IMG/VR virus record: IMGVR_UViG_3300022555_000027
Location: 1-64,000 of that record
Direction: 5' to 3' (one strand)
Source of the DNA: a virus
DNA: 64,000 nt
A program made the translations under genes and the position numbers. Numbering within the stretch: the stretch's first letter is position 1; every line of letters starts with the position of its first letter. Below, one piece after another: positions 49,875 to 59,609 of the stretch. The notes beneath the pieces are model-generated. The model had not been told where the DNA came from and made no database searches. It worked only from the letters and a program-made list of their open reading frames with translations.

Positions 49875-52800
49875 CCAGTCCAAGGCGCTGTGGCGGCACC
49901 TCAGGAACCAAGTGCATGACGAGATCGGAGCATCGGCTCTCGCGGCCTTGGCCCACGAGTATGGTGACGACCCCGATGCCCTGATGGAGTTCCTTGAAGC
50001 CCTTGGTGAGAGCGGGGGCGACATGGCCGCCCTCCTTACCAAGACCCATGAGCCGGTAAGCATCGACCAGTTTATCGAGGATGACTACTTCCTGGGCTAC
50101 GATGCCGACCACATCTGGCCGGAGAACCGCCGGATCATTCGGGAGATCGTTGAGGACGGGTACGTGGAGGCACTGTTGATGGGGGCCATCGGTTACGGCA
50201 AGGCACAGCCTTTGTCTGCGAAGCTCCTTACCCCAAACGGGTGGATGCTTATGGCGAACATCCGTGTTGGCGACTTCGTGATTGGCAGAGACGGGAAGCC
50301 TACGGAGGTTATCGGTGTGTTCTTCCAAGGCGTCCGTAAAGTCTTCAAGGTTTCCTTTAACGACGGGGCTTCCACAAGATGCTGCGCCGAGCATTTGTGG
50401 TCTGTCCGAAGCCCTTCTGCCGCCCATACCGATGCGCCGTGGAAGACTGCATCCTTGAGCAGCTTTGTAGGTGGCGTCCGCAATAAGAACGGCCAACTCA
50501 AGTGGCATACGCCCGTAATGGACGCCGTAGAGTTCCAGGGCAATCAGTTGCCAATCGACCCTTATGTACTCGGAGTCCTTATCGGTAATGGTTCATTGAA
50601 AGACGGGGTCCGCTTTTCCTCGAATGACCAGCCAACCATTGACCGTGTTTCAGAGGCCGTCCCAGCGCCCCTCTCTGTGAAATACGTCTCCCAGTATGAT
50701 TATCGGATCACGGGTCCGATGTCTGGTGGTATTGCTGGAAGTAACGAAATGCTCGCCTCTCTTAGGTCTCTAGGGCTTTTAGGGAAGGGTTCAGATGATA
50801 AGTTCATACCGCAGGAATACCTTCTTAGTTCTATAGCGTCTCGCATCGACTTGCTCCACGGCCTTATGGACACTGACGGGTGGGTTGAAGGTGCTGGAGG
50901 CTGCGGGATTCGGTATTCAAGCAATTCAAGTCGTCTAATCGACGATGTGACATTTCTTGTGCGATCTCTTGGCTGCACCACCAAGAGGACGGTGAAGGTC
51001 TCCGCGTCTGGAAAAGATCACCATCAGTTGGCCATCTGCCCTCCAGCGGGCTTCGATATGTTCTGGCTTCCTCGCAAGAAAGACGCAGTTCGTCGCTCCG
51101 GGAAGTACACGCCATCTCGAATGATCTCTTCTGTCGATCCAGACGGCTCGGAGGAGTGCATGTGCATCAAAGTAGCCGCCAAGGATCAACTATACGTCAC
51201 GGATGACTTTGTTGTGACGCACAATACAACGGTCGCACAGGTCATCACGGCTTACCAGATTTACCTCCTTTCGACCGAGAAGTTCCCACAGGCCAAGTAT
51301 GGCTTGCTGCCCACCTCCAGCATCGTGGTCGCGATGCTCAACAAAACGGATGACCTCTCTAAGTCAGTAACTTTCGGCGAGTTCCGCCAGATGATGGAGC
51401 AAGTACCGTATTTCAAGGAAGAGTTCCCCTTTGACCGCACCGTCAAAAGCCAGATGCACTTCCCCAACAACATTCTGGTCATGCCAAGCGCCGCTTATAG
51501 TAACAAGCTCCTCGGTATGAATATCATCGGGGGAATTATCGACGAAATGAACTTCATGGCTCAGGTTTTGAAGTCAAAACAGGCGCGTGACGGGGGGGAG
51601 TTTAACCAGGCGAAGGCCATTTATAGTACATTGGTTCGGCGCCGGAAATCCCGCTTCATGAAGACGGGCAAGGTCCCGGGATGCTTGCTGCTAGTTTCGT
51701 CAAAAGGTGGCCCAGACGACTTTCTTGAGCAACGCGCCCGCCAAGCATCGGATGAGGCCGACAAGCTGACCTATGTGGTGGACAAGCCCATCTGGGAAAT
51801 CAAGCCGGCGGAGAACTACTCCGGTAAGACGTTCCGCCTTGAACTGGGAAATGAACGGTTTCAGGCTCAGGTGCTTGAAGACAGCCAGGAGCCCCGTGAG
51901 GGCGCGTTGACCATGACAGTGCCCCTGGAATACAAGGGCGACTTCACCAACGACATGGAAGGCTCCTTGCGCGACCTAGCGGGTGTTTGCACGCTGGCCC
52001 GCCGCCCCTACTTCTGGGACCGGAGCGCCATTTGGCGGATGGCTGATGACTTCAAGGAAGCGGGCAACGAGAGCCCATTCGCCGGGTTCAAGTACGAGCT
52101 ATCGAAGGGCATCCCGTTACCCATCGAAGGGTACAAATGCCGCGACCCGCACATGCCCCGTGTTTGCCATATCGACTTGGGCCTGACCGGGGACTATTGC
52201 GGCCTTGCCGTGGGCTATGTCTCAGGCATTGAAATGCAAAAGGGTAGGGGTCGCAAAGGTGAGATCGTGATTGAGGAAATGCCGATAGTCACCTATGACG
52301 TGGTATTAACTATTACTCCACCCCCAGGCGGCGAAATAGAGTTCTCTCAAGTCCGTGAAATCCTGTACCTCCTTCGCGATCAGCTTGGCATCCCCATTCA
52401 ATATGTTTCGTTCGATCAGTTTCAGTCAGCGGATAGCCGTCAGATCCTTCAGCGCAAGCGGTTCGTCACGTTCCACCGCTCAGTGGATGGTGAGAAGGGG
52501 CTTGAGTTCTATCGGATGTTCCGTTCGGCTGTCAATGGACACAGGGTACTCTGCCCTGACAACCCAATCGCCTTCAAGGAACTTGCGATGCTTGAGGAGG
52601 ATCACGAGCATCGTTGCGTTGACCATCCAAGTAACGGCTCTAAGGATACCGCCGATGGTATGTGCGGAGTTTATGCCACCATTATGATGCGGCGCCACCT
52701 GTGGGAGCGGGGAGGGGCCAAAAATGTCACCGTCGTAACTGAGAATGCGAGTAGGAGCCAGCCGGAGGCTCTCGGCAACTCCTTTGAGGAGTTTCGGAAG

Positions 52801-52908
52801 GAGCTTATGCCCAACACCAAGCAGCGCCAAGAGCACCCAGCATCGAAGGAGAGGCCGAAGTCAGGCCGCCGTAGTGGTGGGCCACGGCCATCGTCAAATC
52901 GGAGATAG
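49852..52908 (+). CDS. terL: terminase large subunit with intein
   Basis: Walker A GAIGYGK|TT, Walker B 'GIIDE', nuclease 'HIDLG...D', 'FDQFQS', 'DHP..GSKD.AD'. Confidence 0.88.
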   Translation: MAFKTPTDQSKALWRHLRNQVHDEIGASALAALAHEYGDDPDALMEFLEALGESGGDMAALLTKTHEPVSIDQFIEDDYFLGYDADHIWPENRRIIREIVEDGYVEALLMGAIGYGKAQPLSAKLLTPNGWMLMANIRVGDFVIGRDGKPTEVIGVFFQGVRKVFKVSFNDGASTRCCAEHLWSVRSPSAAHTDAPWKTASLSSFVGGVRNKNGQLKWHTPVMDAVEFQGNQLPIDPYVLGVLIGNGSLKDGVRFSSNDQPTIDRVSEAVPAPLSVKYVSQYDYRITGPMSGGIAGSNEMLASLRSLGLLGKGSDDKFIPQEYLLSSIASRIDLLHGLMDTDGWVEGAGGCGIRYSSNSSRLIDDVTFLVRSLGCTTKRTVKVSASGKDHHQLAICPPAGFDMFWLPRKKDAVRRSGKYTPSRMISSVDPDGSEECMCIKVAAKDQLYVTDDFVVTHNTTVAQVITAYQIYLLSTEKFPQAKYGLLPTSSIVVAMLNKTDDLSKSVTFGEFRQMMEQVPYFKEEFPFDRTVKSQMHFPNNILVMPSAAYSNKLLGMNIIGGIIDEMNFMAQVLKSKQARDGGEFNQAKAIYSTLVRRRKSRFMKTGKVPGCLLLVSSKGGPDDFLEQRARQASDEADKLTYVVDKPIWEIKPAENYSGKTFRLELGNERFQAQVLEDSQEPREGALTMTVPLEYKGDFTNDMEGSLRDLAGVCTLARRPYFWDRSAIWRMADDFKEAGNESPFAGFKYELSKGIPLPIEGYKCRDPHMPRVCHIDLGLTGDYCGLAVGYVSGIEMQKGRGRKGEIVIEEMPIVTYDVVLTITPPPGGEIEFSQVREILYLLRDQLGIPIQYVSFDQFQSADSRQILQRKRFVTFHRSVDGEKGLEFYRMFRSAVNGHRVLCPDNPIAFKELAMLEEDHEHRCVDHPSNGSKDTADGMCGVYATIMMRRHLWERGGAKNVTVVTENASRSQPEALGNSFEEFRKELMPNTKQRQEHPASKERPKSGRRSGGPRPSSNRR
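50203..51225 (+). mobile_element. class 3-type intein with LAGLIDADG endonuclease in terL (341 aa)
   Basis: Starts AQP, ends 'VTHN' before T; W (EHLW), C (MCI), T (YVT) triplet; 'LGVLIGNG' and 'LHGLMDTDG'. Confidence 0.88.
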
Positions 52909-52910
52909 TC

Positions 52911-53306
52911 ATGATCGTCCAAGAGCGAGTCATCGCAGCAGCATCGTTGCTACGCGCCGAGAAAACCTACACGGTGCATGTGATCATCATCCTGATCGAC
53001 GAGTTTGATGAAGACTTGTTTCTGTGCATCCCTTACGCAGTCGTGACGGATGCCCAAGGTCCGACCACCGCTGCGGTAACTGCGCTGCAAGCAGCATCCG
53101 AACACGCCGAGAATAACAGTGACAGGCCAACGCACCTCGTCGCCTTCACCCGTGTAGTGTCCATCTATCCCGGGAAGCAGGAGAGCATCCACGTCGATCT
53201 TGACTACGATGCAATCGAGACGAACCTATCTCGACTTCCCGAGATCGACCACATCTTCCCAAAAGAGGAAGTATCGAACCCATCCGAGTGGGCGACCACG
53301 CCGTGA
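52911..53306 (+). CDS. hypothetical protein
   Basis: RBS GGAG; follows terL. Confidence 0.6.
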   Translation: MIVQERVIAAASLLRAEKTYTVHVIIILIDEFDEDLFLCIPYAVVTDAQGPTTAAVTALQAASEHAENNSDRPTHLVAFTRVVSIYPGKQESIHVDLDYDAIETNLSRLPEIDHIFPKEEVSNPSEWATTP

Positions 53307-53402
53307 AAGTGCTTGTTAATTCCGTTGGAGGCCTCATATAGGTGCTACATCCAGCATAAACCGTTGCCGGAATGAAACCGGTTGCAAAATCAGGAGAGCA
53401 CC

Positions 53403-53813
53403 ATGTCCTATCTCGCCGCCCGCTTCCAGGAGCGTGGTTCTATCGGAGCCCTGTTGATTGCCATTGCGGCCATCACGGTCTCCGTTCTTTTCGTTCTGGT
53501 CGGCCACGGCGATGCCTCGCTGGGCATTACCATCGCCGCCATCTCCGGGCTGTTCGCGGTCCTGGTTCTGTTGATCCCCGAAGCCGAAAACGTCGCCGAG
53601 GACCTTTTCGACGAAATGCACGAGGCTTTCGGCGAAGTCCATGAGGCCCTCGACAACCTCCACAGTCACATCGATTCCGTGACTGAGGAAGTCGAGGAGG
53701 ATGTGGTCAAGGCGGTTGAACCTGCCCCCGTGGTTGCGTCGGTTGTGGTGCCGGCGACGGTGGTAGCGGAGCCGGACGCGCCCATTAGCGCGGTTCCTAC
53801 CGCCACCCCGTAA
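53403..53813 (+). CDS. two-TM membrane protein with acidic C-terminus
   Basis: RBS AGGAG; two hydrophobic helices; own promoter-like sequence at ~53312-53340. Confidence 0.7.
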   Translation: MSYLAARFQERGSIGALLIAIAAITVSVLFVLVGHGDASLGITIAAISGLFAVLVLLIPEAENVAEDLFDEMHEAFGEVHEALDNLHSHIDSVTEEVEEDVVKAVEPAPVVASVVVPATVVAEPDAPISAVPTATP

Positions 53814-53858
53814 TAGGTGGGTTTATCTTGAATACACTCTATCTGGCAAAATAAAGGG

Positions 53859-53882
53859 AAGGGGGGCTCGCGCCCCCCTTTT
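53859..53882. terminator. hairpin / probable bidirectional terminator at the strand switch
   Basis: AAGGGGGGC-TCGC-GCCCCCCTTTT between convergent gene blocks. Confidence 0.6.
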
Positions 53883-54102
53883 CTGTATCAACGACCTCGG
53901 CGGTCCAGGTGTAGCGATAGATTTCCAGCCGCTGCTGGTGTTCGACCTTCCGGCTCACCTGCTTTCCTTCCAGGTAGGCACCCTTGCCCGCGATGCCACG
54001 GGCCTGGAGTATTACTTTGGCCTTGGCGATGCGTTCTCTCTCAACTTTTACCCTAACATCCTCCAAAGGAAAAGGGGGGGCAGGATCACCCCCCAGTAGT
54101 GG

Positions 54103-55215
54103 TTACGGCACCAGGGTGTAAACTCGGTGGCCTTCCGCGTTGCGAATGTTGGTGATGACTGGCCGATCACCGGCTGCGTTGAAGTGGCTGATCATGCCCC
54201 GAACGGTGTGCGAAGCCAGCCCACCGAACATCTCTTGAAACTGGGCAACGCTGACCCCCGTTCCGTTGGCCTGCCGCAACGCCTCGTACACCTGCTCCTT
54301 GCGGGTAAGCCCCCGTTCCGCTGACCGAGGAGCCCGAGACGGGCGTTGTGAAACCGGTTGCCGTGACCGGGTGAATACCGCCGACGCCCAGGCATGAACG
54401 TCGAGACTTTCATCTGACGAGAGGCCAGGGACATTACCAAGGGCGAAAAGAGCCGCCACCAGGGCAGGGTTGCGACCGAACACGCTTGGTATACGAGGCG
54501 CAACTCCCGCGAGTGCCCCGGGGATGACCAAGGAAGGGCCTGCGGCCTCTGGCTGCGGTGAGCACACCGGCGCCTCGTTAGCCTCTCCAGCGGTCATCGT
54601 AGGGGCTTCCGGGGCAGGGTAGGTTTCCGCATCGACTTGAGCCCGCCAAGTGTCTATTTCCACGTCAGTGGGGAGCCCGTCAGTGGTGTCCTCGACACAA
54701 AGTACCGGGCCGAAGGCGTCTTCACCGTAGGGGGAACCGATCTCTTCATCGACCTCGGTAACGGTCGATGTAAGGGTGGCCGGGTCGATGGTGGCCAGCA
54801 ACTCGGCATCGGCCGGTTCTCCGTCGAACTGCTGGTCGTGCTCCAACTGGGCGATAAACGCCCAGTTCTCATCGGTCAACTCGGCCATCGCCTGCAAGAC
54901 CTCAGTCGGGGTGCTGATTGAGACCAGGGTAAGCTCGCGGGCCTCACGGGCCAGGGCGTCCTCAAGAGACACGCCTGGGGTACTTTCGATCTGGAGTGCT
55001 ATGTCGGTAGGGAGAGAGAACCTGCCGCTCACGGCACGCTCGGCCATTGCGGCCTCCGCGATCAGGTCCCGAACGAGAAAAGAACCGTCGCACTCGTCGA
55101 TGGCGTATTCCGTTCCGACACGCGCGCCGGAACCAAAATAGGCGCGGGCCGCGCGTGACGCCTGGAGACGGCTTGAAAAGCTGGCGTCCATCGGTGTGTC
55201 AAGGGTGAGGGTCAT
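54103..55215 (-). CDS. hypothetical protein with C-terminal DUF3489-like HTH
   Basis: 'K..V...LR....G.S........G...HTVRG.IS'; RBS AAGGAG. Confidence 0.65.
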   Translation of the reverse strand: MTLTLDTPMDASFSSRLQASRAARAYFGSGARVGTEYAIDECDGSFLVRDLIAEAAMAERAVSGRFSLPTDIALQIESTPGVSLEDALAREARELTLVSISTPTEVLQAMAELTDENWAFIAQLEHDQQFDGEPADAELLATIDPATLTSTVTEVDEEIGSPYGEDAFGPVLCVEDTTDGLPTDVEIDTWRAQVDAETYPAPEAPTMTAGEANEAPVCSPQPEAAGPSLVIPGALAGVAPRIPSVFGRNPALVAALFALGNVPGLSSDESLDVHAWASAVFTRSRQPVSQRPSRAPRSAERGLTRKEQVYEALRQANGTGVSVAQFQEMFGGLASHTVRGMISHFNAAGDRPVITNIRNAEGHRVYTLVP

Positions 55216-55329
55216 TGAGATAGCTCCTTAGTTTGAGACTGTGTACCTACCATGTTCGCATTAGACTAAATGCGTGAGGCTCCCGTCAAGTCCAACATTC
55301 AAGCCTCGCAATCTTTTTTGAAACCGGTT

Positions 55330-55557
55330 TCACCGGATCACTGGGGCTCCCGCCGTATGAGCCAACCGGCAGTCCCGCATAGTTGACAGGGCCACCTTGA
55401 AGGGGCCAGCCCACGCGGTCAGGGCCTTTTCCGCTTTGCGCCGGGCACTCATTGCCGAGCGGGCGAAGATGATACAGGTCCCGTGGGACGTATCAACAAG
55501 AAAGGGAGCAGTAACCTGATCAGAGACTGCCACCGATGGTGCTTGACGGTTCCTCAT
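55330..55557 (-). CDS. hypothetical protein
   Basis: Short ORF; its stop overlaps a palindrome copy. Confidence 0.45.
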   Translation of the reverse strand: MRNRQAPSVAVSDQVTAPFLVDTSHGTCIIFARSAMSARRKAEKALTAWAGPFKVALSTMRDCRLAHTAGAPVIR

Positions 55558-56233
55558 TTTCGTTCCTCTTTACAACGCGCTCAAGTGCGCGATAATACCA
55601 AGTTGGACCACATGCTGCCGGGACCTTCCGCTTTGTAAAGTCTCGCAACACCGATGCTAGTGTTTCACCACCTGTTACACGAGCGCGTGCTTCGATGATG
55701 ATGGCCTGTTGAGCATCATCCTTGACGAGATTATCACCCTCACGACGCCATCCATAGGGGACCTTACCGTACACCTTGCCTGTGTGCTTTTTATGCTGTA
55801 GCACCGCCTTGGTACGCTCGCCGATGACCTCACGCTCCCACTGGGACACAGAAACCAGGAGATTTAGACAAAGCCGTCCAGAGGCTGTACGGGTGTCAAG
55901 ATGCTCGGTTACAGATACGAGAGACGGACCACCTTGGTCGGGGTTGAACTTTTCCAACAACGTGGCTAGGTCCCTCACCGAACGGGTAAGCCTATCGAGC
56001 TTCACCACAACAAGACAATCTGCTTGCCCGTCTTCAATCATACGCAGGGCCTTCAGAAACCCCGGTCGATTGGTATCCTTAGCGGACAAGCCGGCGTCAA
56101 CCACCGTCTCGATCAACATCATTTCGTATAGATTACAGTAGCCCGCGATGCGTGAAAGCTGGGCATCAATTGATCCACCATTTTCGGCCTGCTCTGACGT
56201 TGAAACCCGTGCGTATCCGATGGCTTTGACCAT
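55520..56233 (-). CDS. serine recombinase (resolvase domain + short recombinase domain)
   Basis: 'GYARVST.EQ', 'D.GLSA...RPG', 'KLDRLTRS', 'ERE.I.ERT', 'PYGW'; RBS GGAGGT. Confidence 0.92.
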   Translation of the reverse strand: MVKAIGYARVSTSEQAENGGSIDAQLSRIAGYCNLYEMMLIETVVDAGLSAKDTNRPGFLKALRMIEDGQADCLVVVKLDRLTRSVRDLATLLEKFNPDQGGPSLVSVTEHLDTRTASGRLCLNLLVSVSQWEREVIGERTKAVLQHKKHTGKVYGKVPYGWRREGDNLVKDDAQQAIIIEARARVTGGETLASVLRDFTKRKVPAACGPTWYYRALERVVKRNENEEPSSTIGGSL

Positions 56234-56249
56234 TGTCACCTCCGTTGAG

Positions 56250-56621
56250 TTAAGCGGTCTTGCGCCGCGTCCTAGTAGCCTCCCGCGCTTCCTCTGCCTT
56301 ACGCCGGGCCTGTTCAGCGTTATAACTCGCGATCCGGGCTTCCAGCAAGAGTTTTTCTTGCAGCTTGATCTCGTGGGTCCGGGCAACCGCCGCGTTTGCT
56401 TCGGCATTCGGCTTGGTATACTCGATGGTCTCCAGGAGGGGATCATCGGACGATGCTACCCGAAACGTCGGAAGCAGTTCCCGGTATTCGATGGCATTAT
56501 CGTGGGACATCCGTCCGTGGACTTCCATGAGATACCGCCCATCGGGGAGGGTATCAATGATCCGGCCATAGTAGCAGGCCGTCTTTTCAGGGTTTACCCA
56601 GTGCTTTACGAGATTGTACAT
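56250..56621 (-). CDS. hypothetical protein
   Basis: RBS AAGGA; operon packing. Confidence 0.6.
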   Translation of the reverse strand: MYNLVKHWVNPEKTACYYGRIIDTLPDGRYLMEVHGRMSHDNAIEYRELLPTFRVASSDDPLLETIEYTKPNAEANAAVARTHEIKLQEKLLLEARIASYNAEQARRKAEEAREATRTRRKTA

Positions 56622-56632
56622 AGTCTTGATCC

Positions 56633-56902
56633 TTACGCGGGAAGGTGCTTGTGAAGATAGATGTCAACAGCCTCCGGGATGTCCCCATCGTCTTCATCAT
56701 GAAAGGCGTTAAGCCCAGTCGCATTCTGTAGCGAGCGAAGATGCCGCCTTATAGTCGCCTGTGACATGCCCGTTAGCTGCATGATGGTGTCACTTGTTGG
56801 CCACTCGTGGTACTTTTGGACCCACTCCTTGACCAGCCCGAAGATGCGGAGACGGGTGATCTGTCCCCGCATCGTTTGTTTCTTCGTTTTCATGCTGCAC
56901 AC
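56633..56902 (-). CDS. small LexA-N-like winged-helix DNA-binding protein
   Basis: 'RIF..V......H.WPT...I...TG.S..TIRRHL..L'. Confidence 0.55.
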   Translation of the reverse strand: MCSMKTKKQTMRGQITRLRIFGLVKEWVQKYHEWPTSDTIMQLTGMSQATIRRHLRSLQNATGLNAFHDEDDGDIPEAVDIYLHKHLPA

Positions 56903-58896
56903 TCCAACCGCCCGAGGATGTCGGCTCCGAGTTGCCGATGGTATTTCCGAAGGAGTGCAGCGGCGGCAGCTATCTGCTTCGGGGATAGTGTACGACCCTT
57001 GCTGATCTGTTCAGCAAGTGAGTTGCCGAACTTGGTGTCCAGCTTGTTGAAACCAGTTTCATTCTGCTGGCTTGCGTGGTCCGGGTCACACCCGGCCAGG
57101 GTCAGAATGCCTTGCACGACCGCCTCAGTGACCCCTGGGGCAACCACGATCTCGCGACCGCAACGCTGGGCCGCAATCTTAACCCGCTCATCTTCTGCGC
57201 GCGCTTTTGCGGCTTCAAGAGCGTCGGCACGTTCCTTACGCCCGGCTTCGATCTCGGCTTTGACCTCACCCAATGAACCCGCATTTGCTTGCGTGTTCAG
57301 GGCGGCATCGATCTCCGCCTGCTTTTCAACGATGCGAACCGCCATCCGTGCGTCAAGGCTTCCTTCAAGGACCAGATGCTGTACCAGAACGCTGGACAAC
57401 TGTCCGATGCGATGCGCCCGATCTTCCTCTTGAGACACGTTGCCGGGCACCCAATCAAGTTCAACCAGGATGACGTGGCTTGAAGCGGTAAGGGTGACAC
57501 CCTCACGCATTGCCGCGCTACCAATGATGACCTCGACCGCCGGGTCATTCTGGAACCGGTCAACGATCCCTTGCCGCTTTTCGGGGGGCGTGCTGCCGTC
57601 GATGACAACGCAACGCGTGCCGAAGTGCTTTGCAAGACCCTTCACCATGTCCTGGTGGTGGGCAAACACGATGACCTTTTTCGACTGCTCGACCGCCTCG
57701 TCAATGAACTCGATGGCGATGGGCAGTTTCTTGATCGCAGTCTCATGACGCCGCTTGGACATTTCAGCGAACACGACCTTTTCAGCCTCACGCAACTCCG
57801 CGACCGCCGCTTTGTATTCAGGCTCGTCAGGATTTGCACCAGATACCTTACGGGCCTTGATCAGCCGTTGAAGTTCCTGGAGCCGCTCAAAGGTAGCCAG
57901 TTCCGCCCTGACCGCTGCCATCGCATCGGGTGATGCGGGCAGTTCAACGATCTGCCTGATCTTCGCCGGTAGCTCTGATAACACATCCTTTTTCAAGCGC
58001 CGGATCATAACCGTTTCGCGTAAGAGCAACTGCAACTCGTCCAGGTTTTGACCGCCTCCGTACTTAGACTCAAATTTGCGGTAGGACCCGAACTGCCCGG
58101 GAGCGAGGAAATTGACCAGCCCATAAAGTTCTGTCGGTCGGTTAGGGGCAGGGGAGCCGGTTAAGAAGAGCTTGAACTTGCAAGGGATGGGGGCGATCAA
58201 CTCACCAGCCTTGTCCTTGCCCATGACCTCAGCCGCACGCCCTGTCTTGTGATTTTTCAGGTAGTGGGCCTCGTCAACGATCAACAGGTCCCATTGAACC
58301 GCCCGGATGCTGTACCGGTGCTCTTTGAGCATGTCGAAATTGGTGATCACGATGTCCGTCGCCGGGAAGTTGCCACCGATTTGCACGCCGATGCTCAAGT
58401 CCTTGACGAGCCACCGCTTCAACTCACGTTCCCAGTTTCTCTTGATAGACGCGGGGCAAACGATCAGGACCCGCTTGATCTCCGGTTTGTTGTCAATGAC
58501 CCCAATCGCCTGGGGTGTTTTGCCTAGCCCCATGTCGTCAGCAAGCAACACGCCGTTGCCCTGGTCGAACCTGTCGAGGGTCGAAGCAATGCCGCCGCCT
58601 TGGTAGGGAAAGAACTTTTTACCGTCCTTGGTGATGATTACCCGGTCAGTGCTGGTGGCCATAGAGCCTTCCAGGATAGCCTCTTGGCGGGCCGTGGTGG
58701 CCAGCAAATCCGCCCGAAGGGCAGGAGAGGCGTATTCAGCAAGGCGAGCCGCCTTGGTCTTGTCTTGGGTGAACCAGCCCTTTTGTCCGCACTTGGCACC
58801 CGTACCGTCCCAGGTAAACTCCGCCGTCTTGGGAATTGACCGGTCGGCATATTGGGTGATCGCGATGTAGAAACGTCCCTTTTGAAGTAGCTCCAT
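56890..58896 (-). CDS. SNF2/HARP-like helicase
   Basis: 'FPYQ', 'LADDMGLGKT', 'CPAS', 'DEAH', 'LTG.P..NRP', 'EG.TLT', 'Q.EDRAHRIGQ'. Confidence 0.92.
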   Translation of the reverse strand: MELLQKGRFYIAITQYADRSIPKTAEFTWDGTGAKCGQKGWFTQDKTKAARLAEYASPALRADLLATTARQEAILEGSMATSTDRVIITKDGKKFFPYQGGGIASTLDRFDQGNGVLLADDMGLGKTPQAIGVIDNKPEIKRVLIVCPASIKRNWERELKRWLVKDLSIGVQIGGNFPATDIVITNFDMLKEHRYSIRAVQWDLLIVDEAHYLKNHKTGRAAEVMGKDKAGELIAPIPCKFKLFLTGSPAPNRPTELYGLVNFLAPGQFGSYRKFESKYGGGQNLDELQLLLRETVMIRRLKKDVLSELPAKIRQIVELPASPDAMAAVRAELATFERLQELQRLIKARKVSGANPDEPEYKAAVAELREAEKVVFAEMSKRRHETAIKKLPIAIEFIDEAVEQSKKVIVFAHHQDMVKGLAKHFGTRCVVIDGSTPPEKRQGIVDRFQNDPAVEVIIGSAAMREGVTLTASSHVILVELDWVPGNVSQEEDRAHRIGQLSSVLVQHLVLEGSLDARMAVRIVEKQAEIDAALNTQANAGSLGEVKAEIEAGRKERADALEAAKARAEDERVKIAAQRCGREIVVAPGVTEAVVQGILTLAGCDPDHASQQNETGFNKLDTKFGNSLAEQISKGRTLSPKQIAAAAALLRKYHRQLGADILGRLECAA

Positions 58897-59003
58897 CGTA
58901 GTCTCCATTGAGAATGTACAAAACGAAAGCATCACTTACATAATAAGCGCCCTTGCCCCTGTCAAGGGCTTTGAGGGTGCGTTGCAACACGCACCCCTTT
59001 GCC

Positions 59004-59174
59004 TCAGCCGGCCAACACTTGCCGGATAAATAGGGCCGTGGCAACCGCCTCGACCACCGCGTATGTCTCGTCCATCTTGGTCTTCACCCACGCCACCGCC
59101 TGAGCACGGGAGTGGAGGTGAGGGGCCGATGCCAAAAGGCTGTCCGCTACCTCGTCTGCTTCTGTGTGTCCCAT
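59004..59174 (-). CDS. hypothetical protein
   Basis: RBS AGGGG; short ORF. Confidence 0.4.
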   Translation of the reverse strand: MGHTEADEVADSLLASAPHLHSRAQAVAWVKTKMDETYAVVEAVATALFIRQVLAG

Positions 59175-59217
59175 CGTTGTTCCCCTAAAAAGTCGCCGTG
59201 AAACCGGCCATTTCGAG

Positions 59218-59406
59218 TTATGCCGCAACCCGCCTTGCGGTCACGCCCTGCATTGTGTAACCGCACCGCTTCAAGTTGATTGCGATACGCTCCCCATCGT
59301 CCAGCATAAGCCCGATGGTGTGGTTCAAGTGCATGATGACGATGCCCTCGTGCGCCACCTCCTTGGTGCTCCGATTGATCAGACGAACCCGATACCCTGC
59401 GACCAT
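59218..59406 (-). CDS. hypothetical protein
   Basis: RBS GGAGG. Confidence 0.55.
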   Translation of the reverse strand: MVAGYRVRLINRSTKEVAHEGIVIMHLNHTIGLMLDDGERIAINLKRCGYTMQGVTARRVAA

Positions 59407-59426
59407 TTTGGCCTCCCGTTGAAAGA

Positions 59427-59453
59427 ACCAAAGCGGGGGCCGGAGCCCCCAAT
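59427..59453 (-). repeat. intergenic hairpin element, copy 1 (copy 2 at 60356-60384)
   Basis: ATTGGGGG(G)-CTYCGG-CCCCC(C)GCTTTGGT on the - strand in both copies. Confidence 0.7.
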
Positions 59454-59508
59454 GTTAAAGCGGAACCTCTCGAACGACCATCTTGTGAGTTGAAAGCCGT
59501 TCGTTGAC

Positions 59509-59608
59509 GTGACTTCTCTCGGCCCTAAAGGGCCGGGTTTGCGCGGCCAAAAAGGCTGGTGACTTCTCTCGGCCCTAAAGGGCCGGGTTTGCGCGGCCAA
59601 AAAGTCAG
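59509..59608 (-). repeat. tandem 50-bp duplication of a fused IS200/IS605 LE/RE palindrome (PATE-like)
   Basis: Two identical 46-bp units (59509-59554, 59559-59604); hairpin GGCCCTTTAGGGCCGAG identical to the tnpB element right end, ending in TCAC. Confidence 0.75.
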
Positions 59609-59609
59609 A

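Noticed and set aside
59509-59604. CRISPR array
   Set aside because: Only two units with a 4-nt gap; the sequence derives from IS605 end hairpins; no cas1/cas2. The Cas4-like gene sits in the recombination module.
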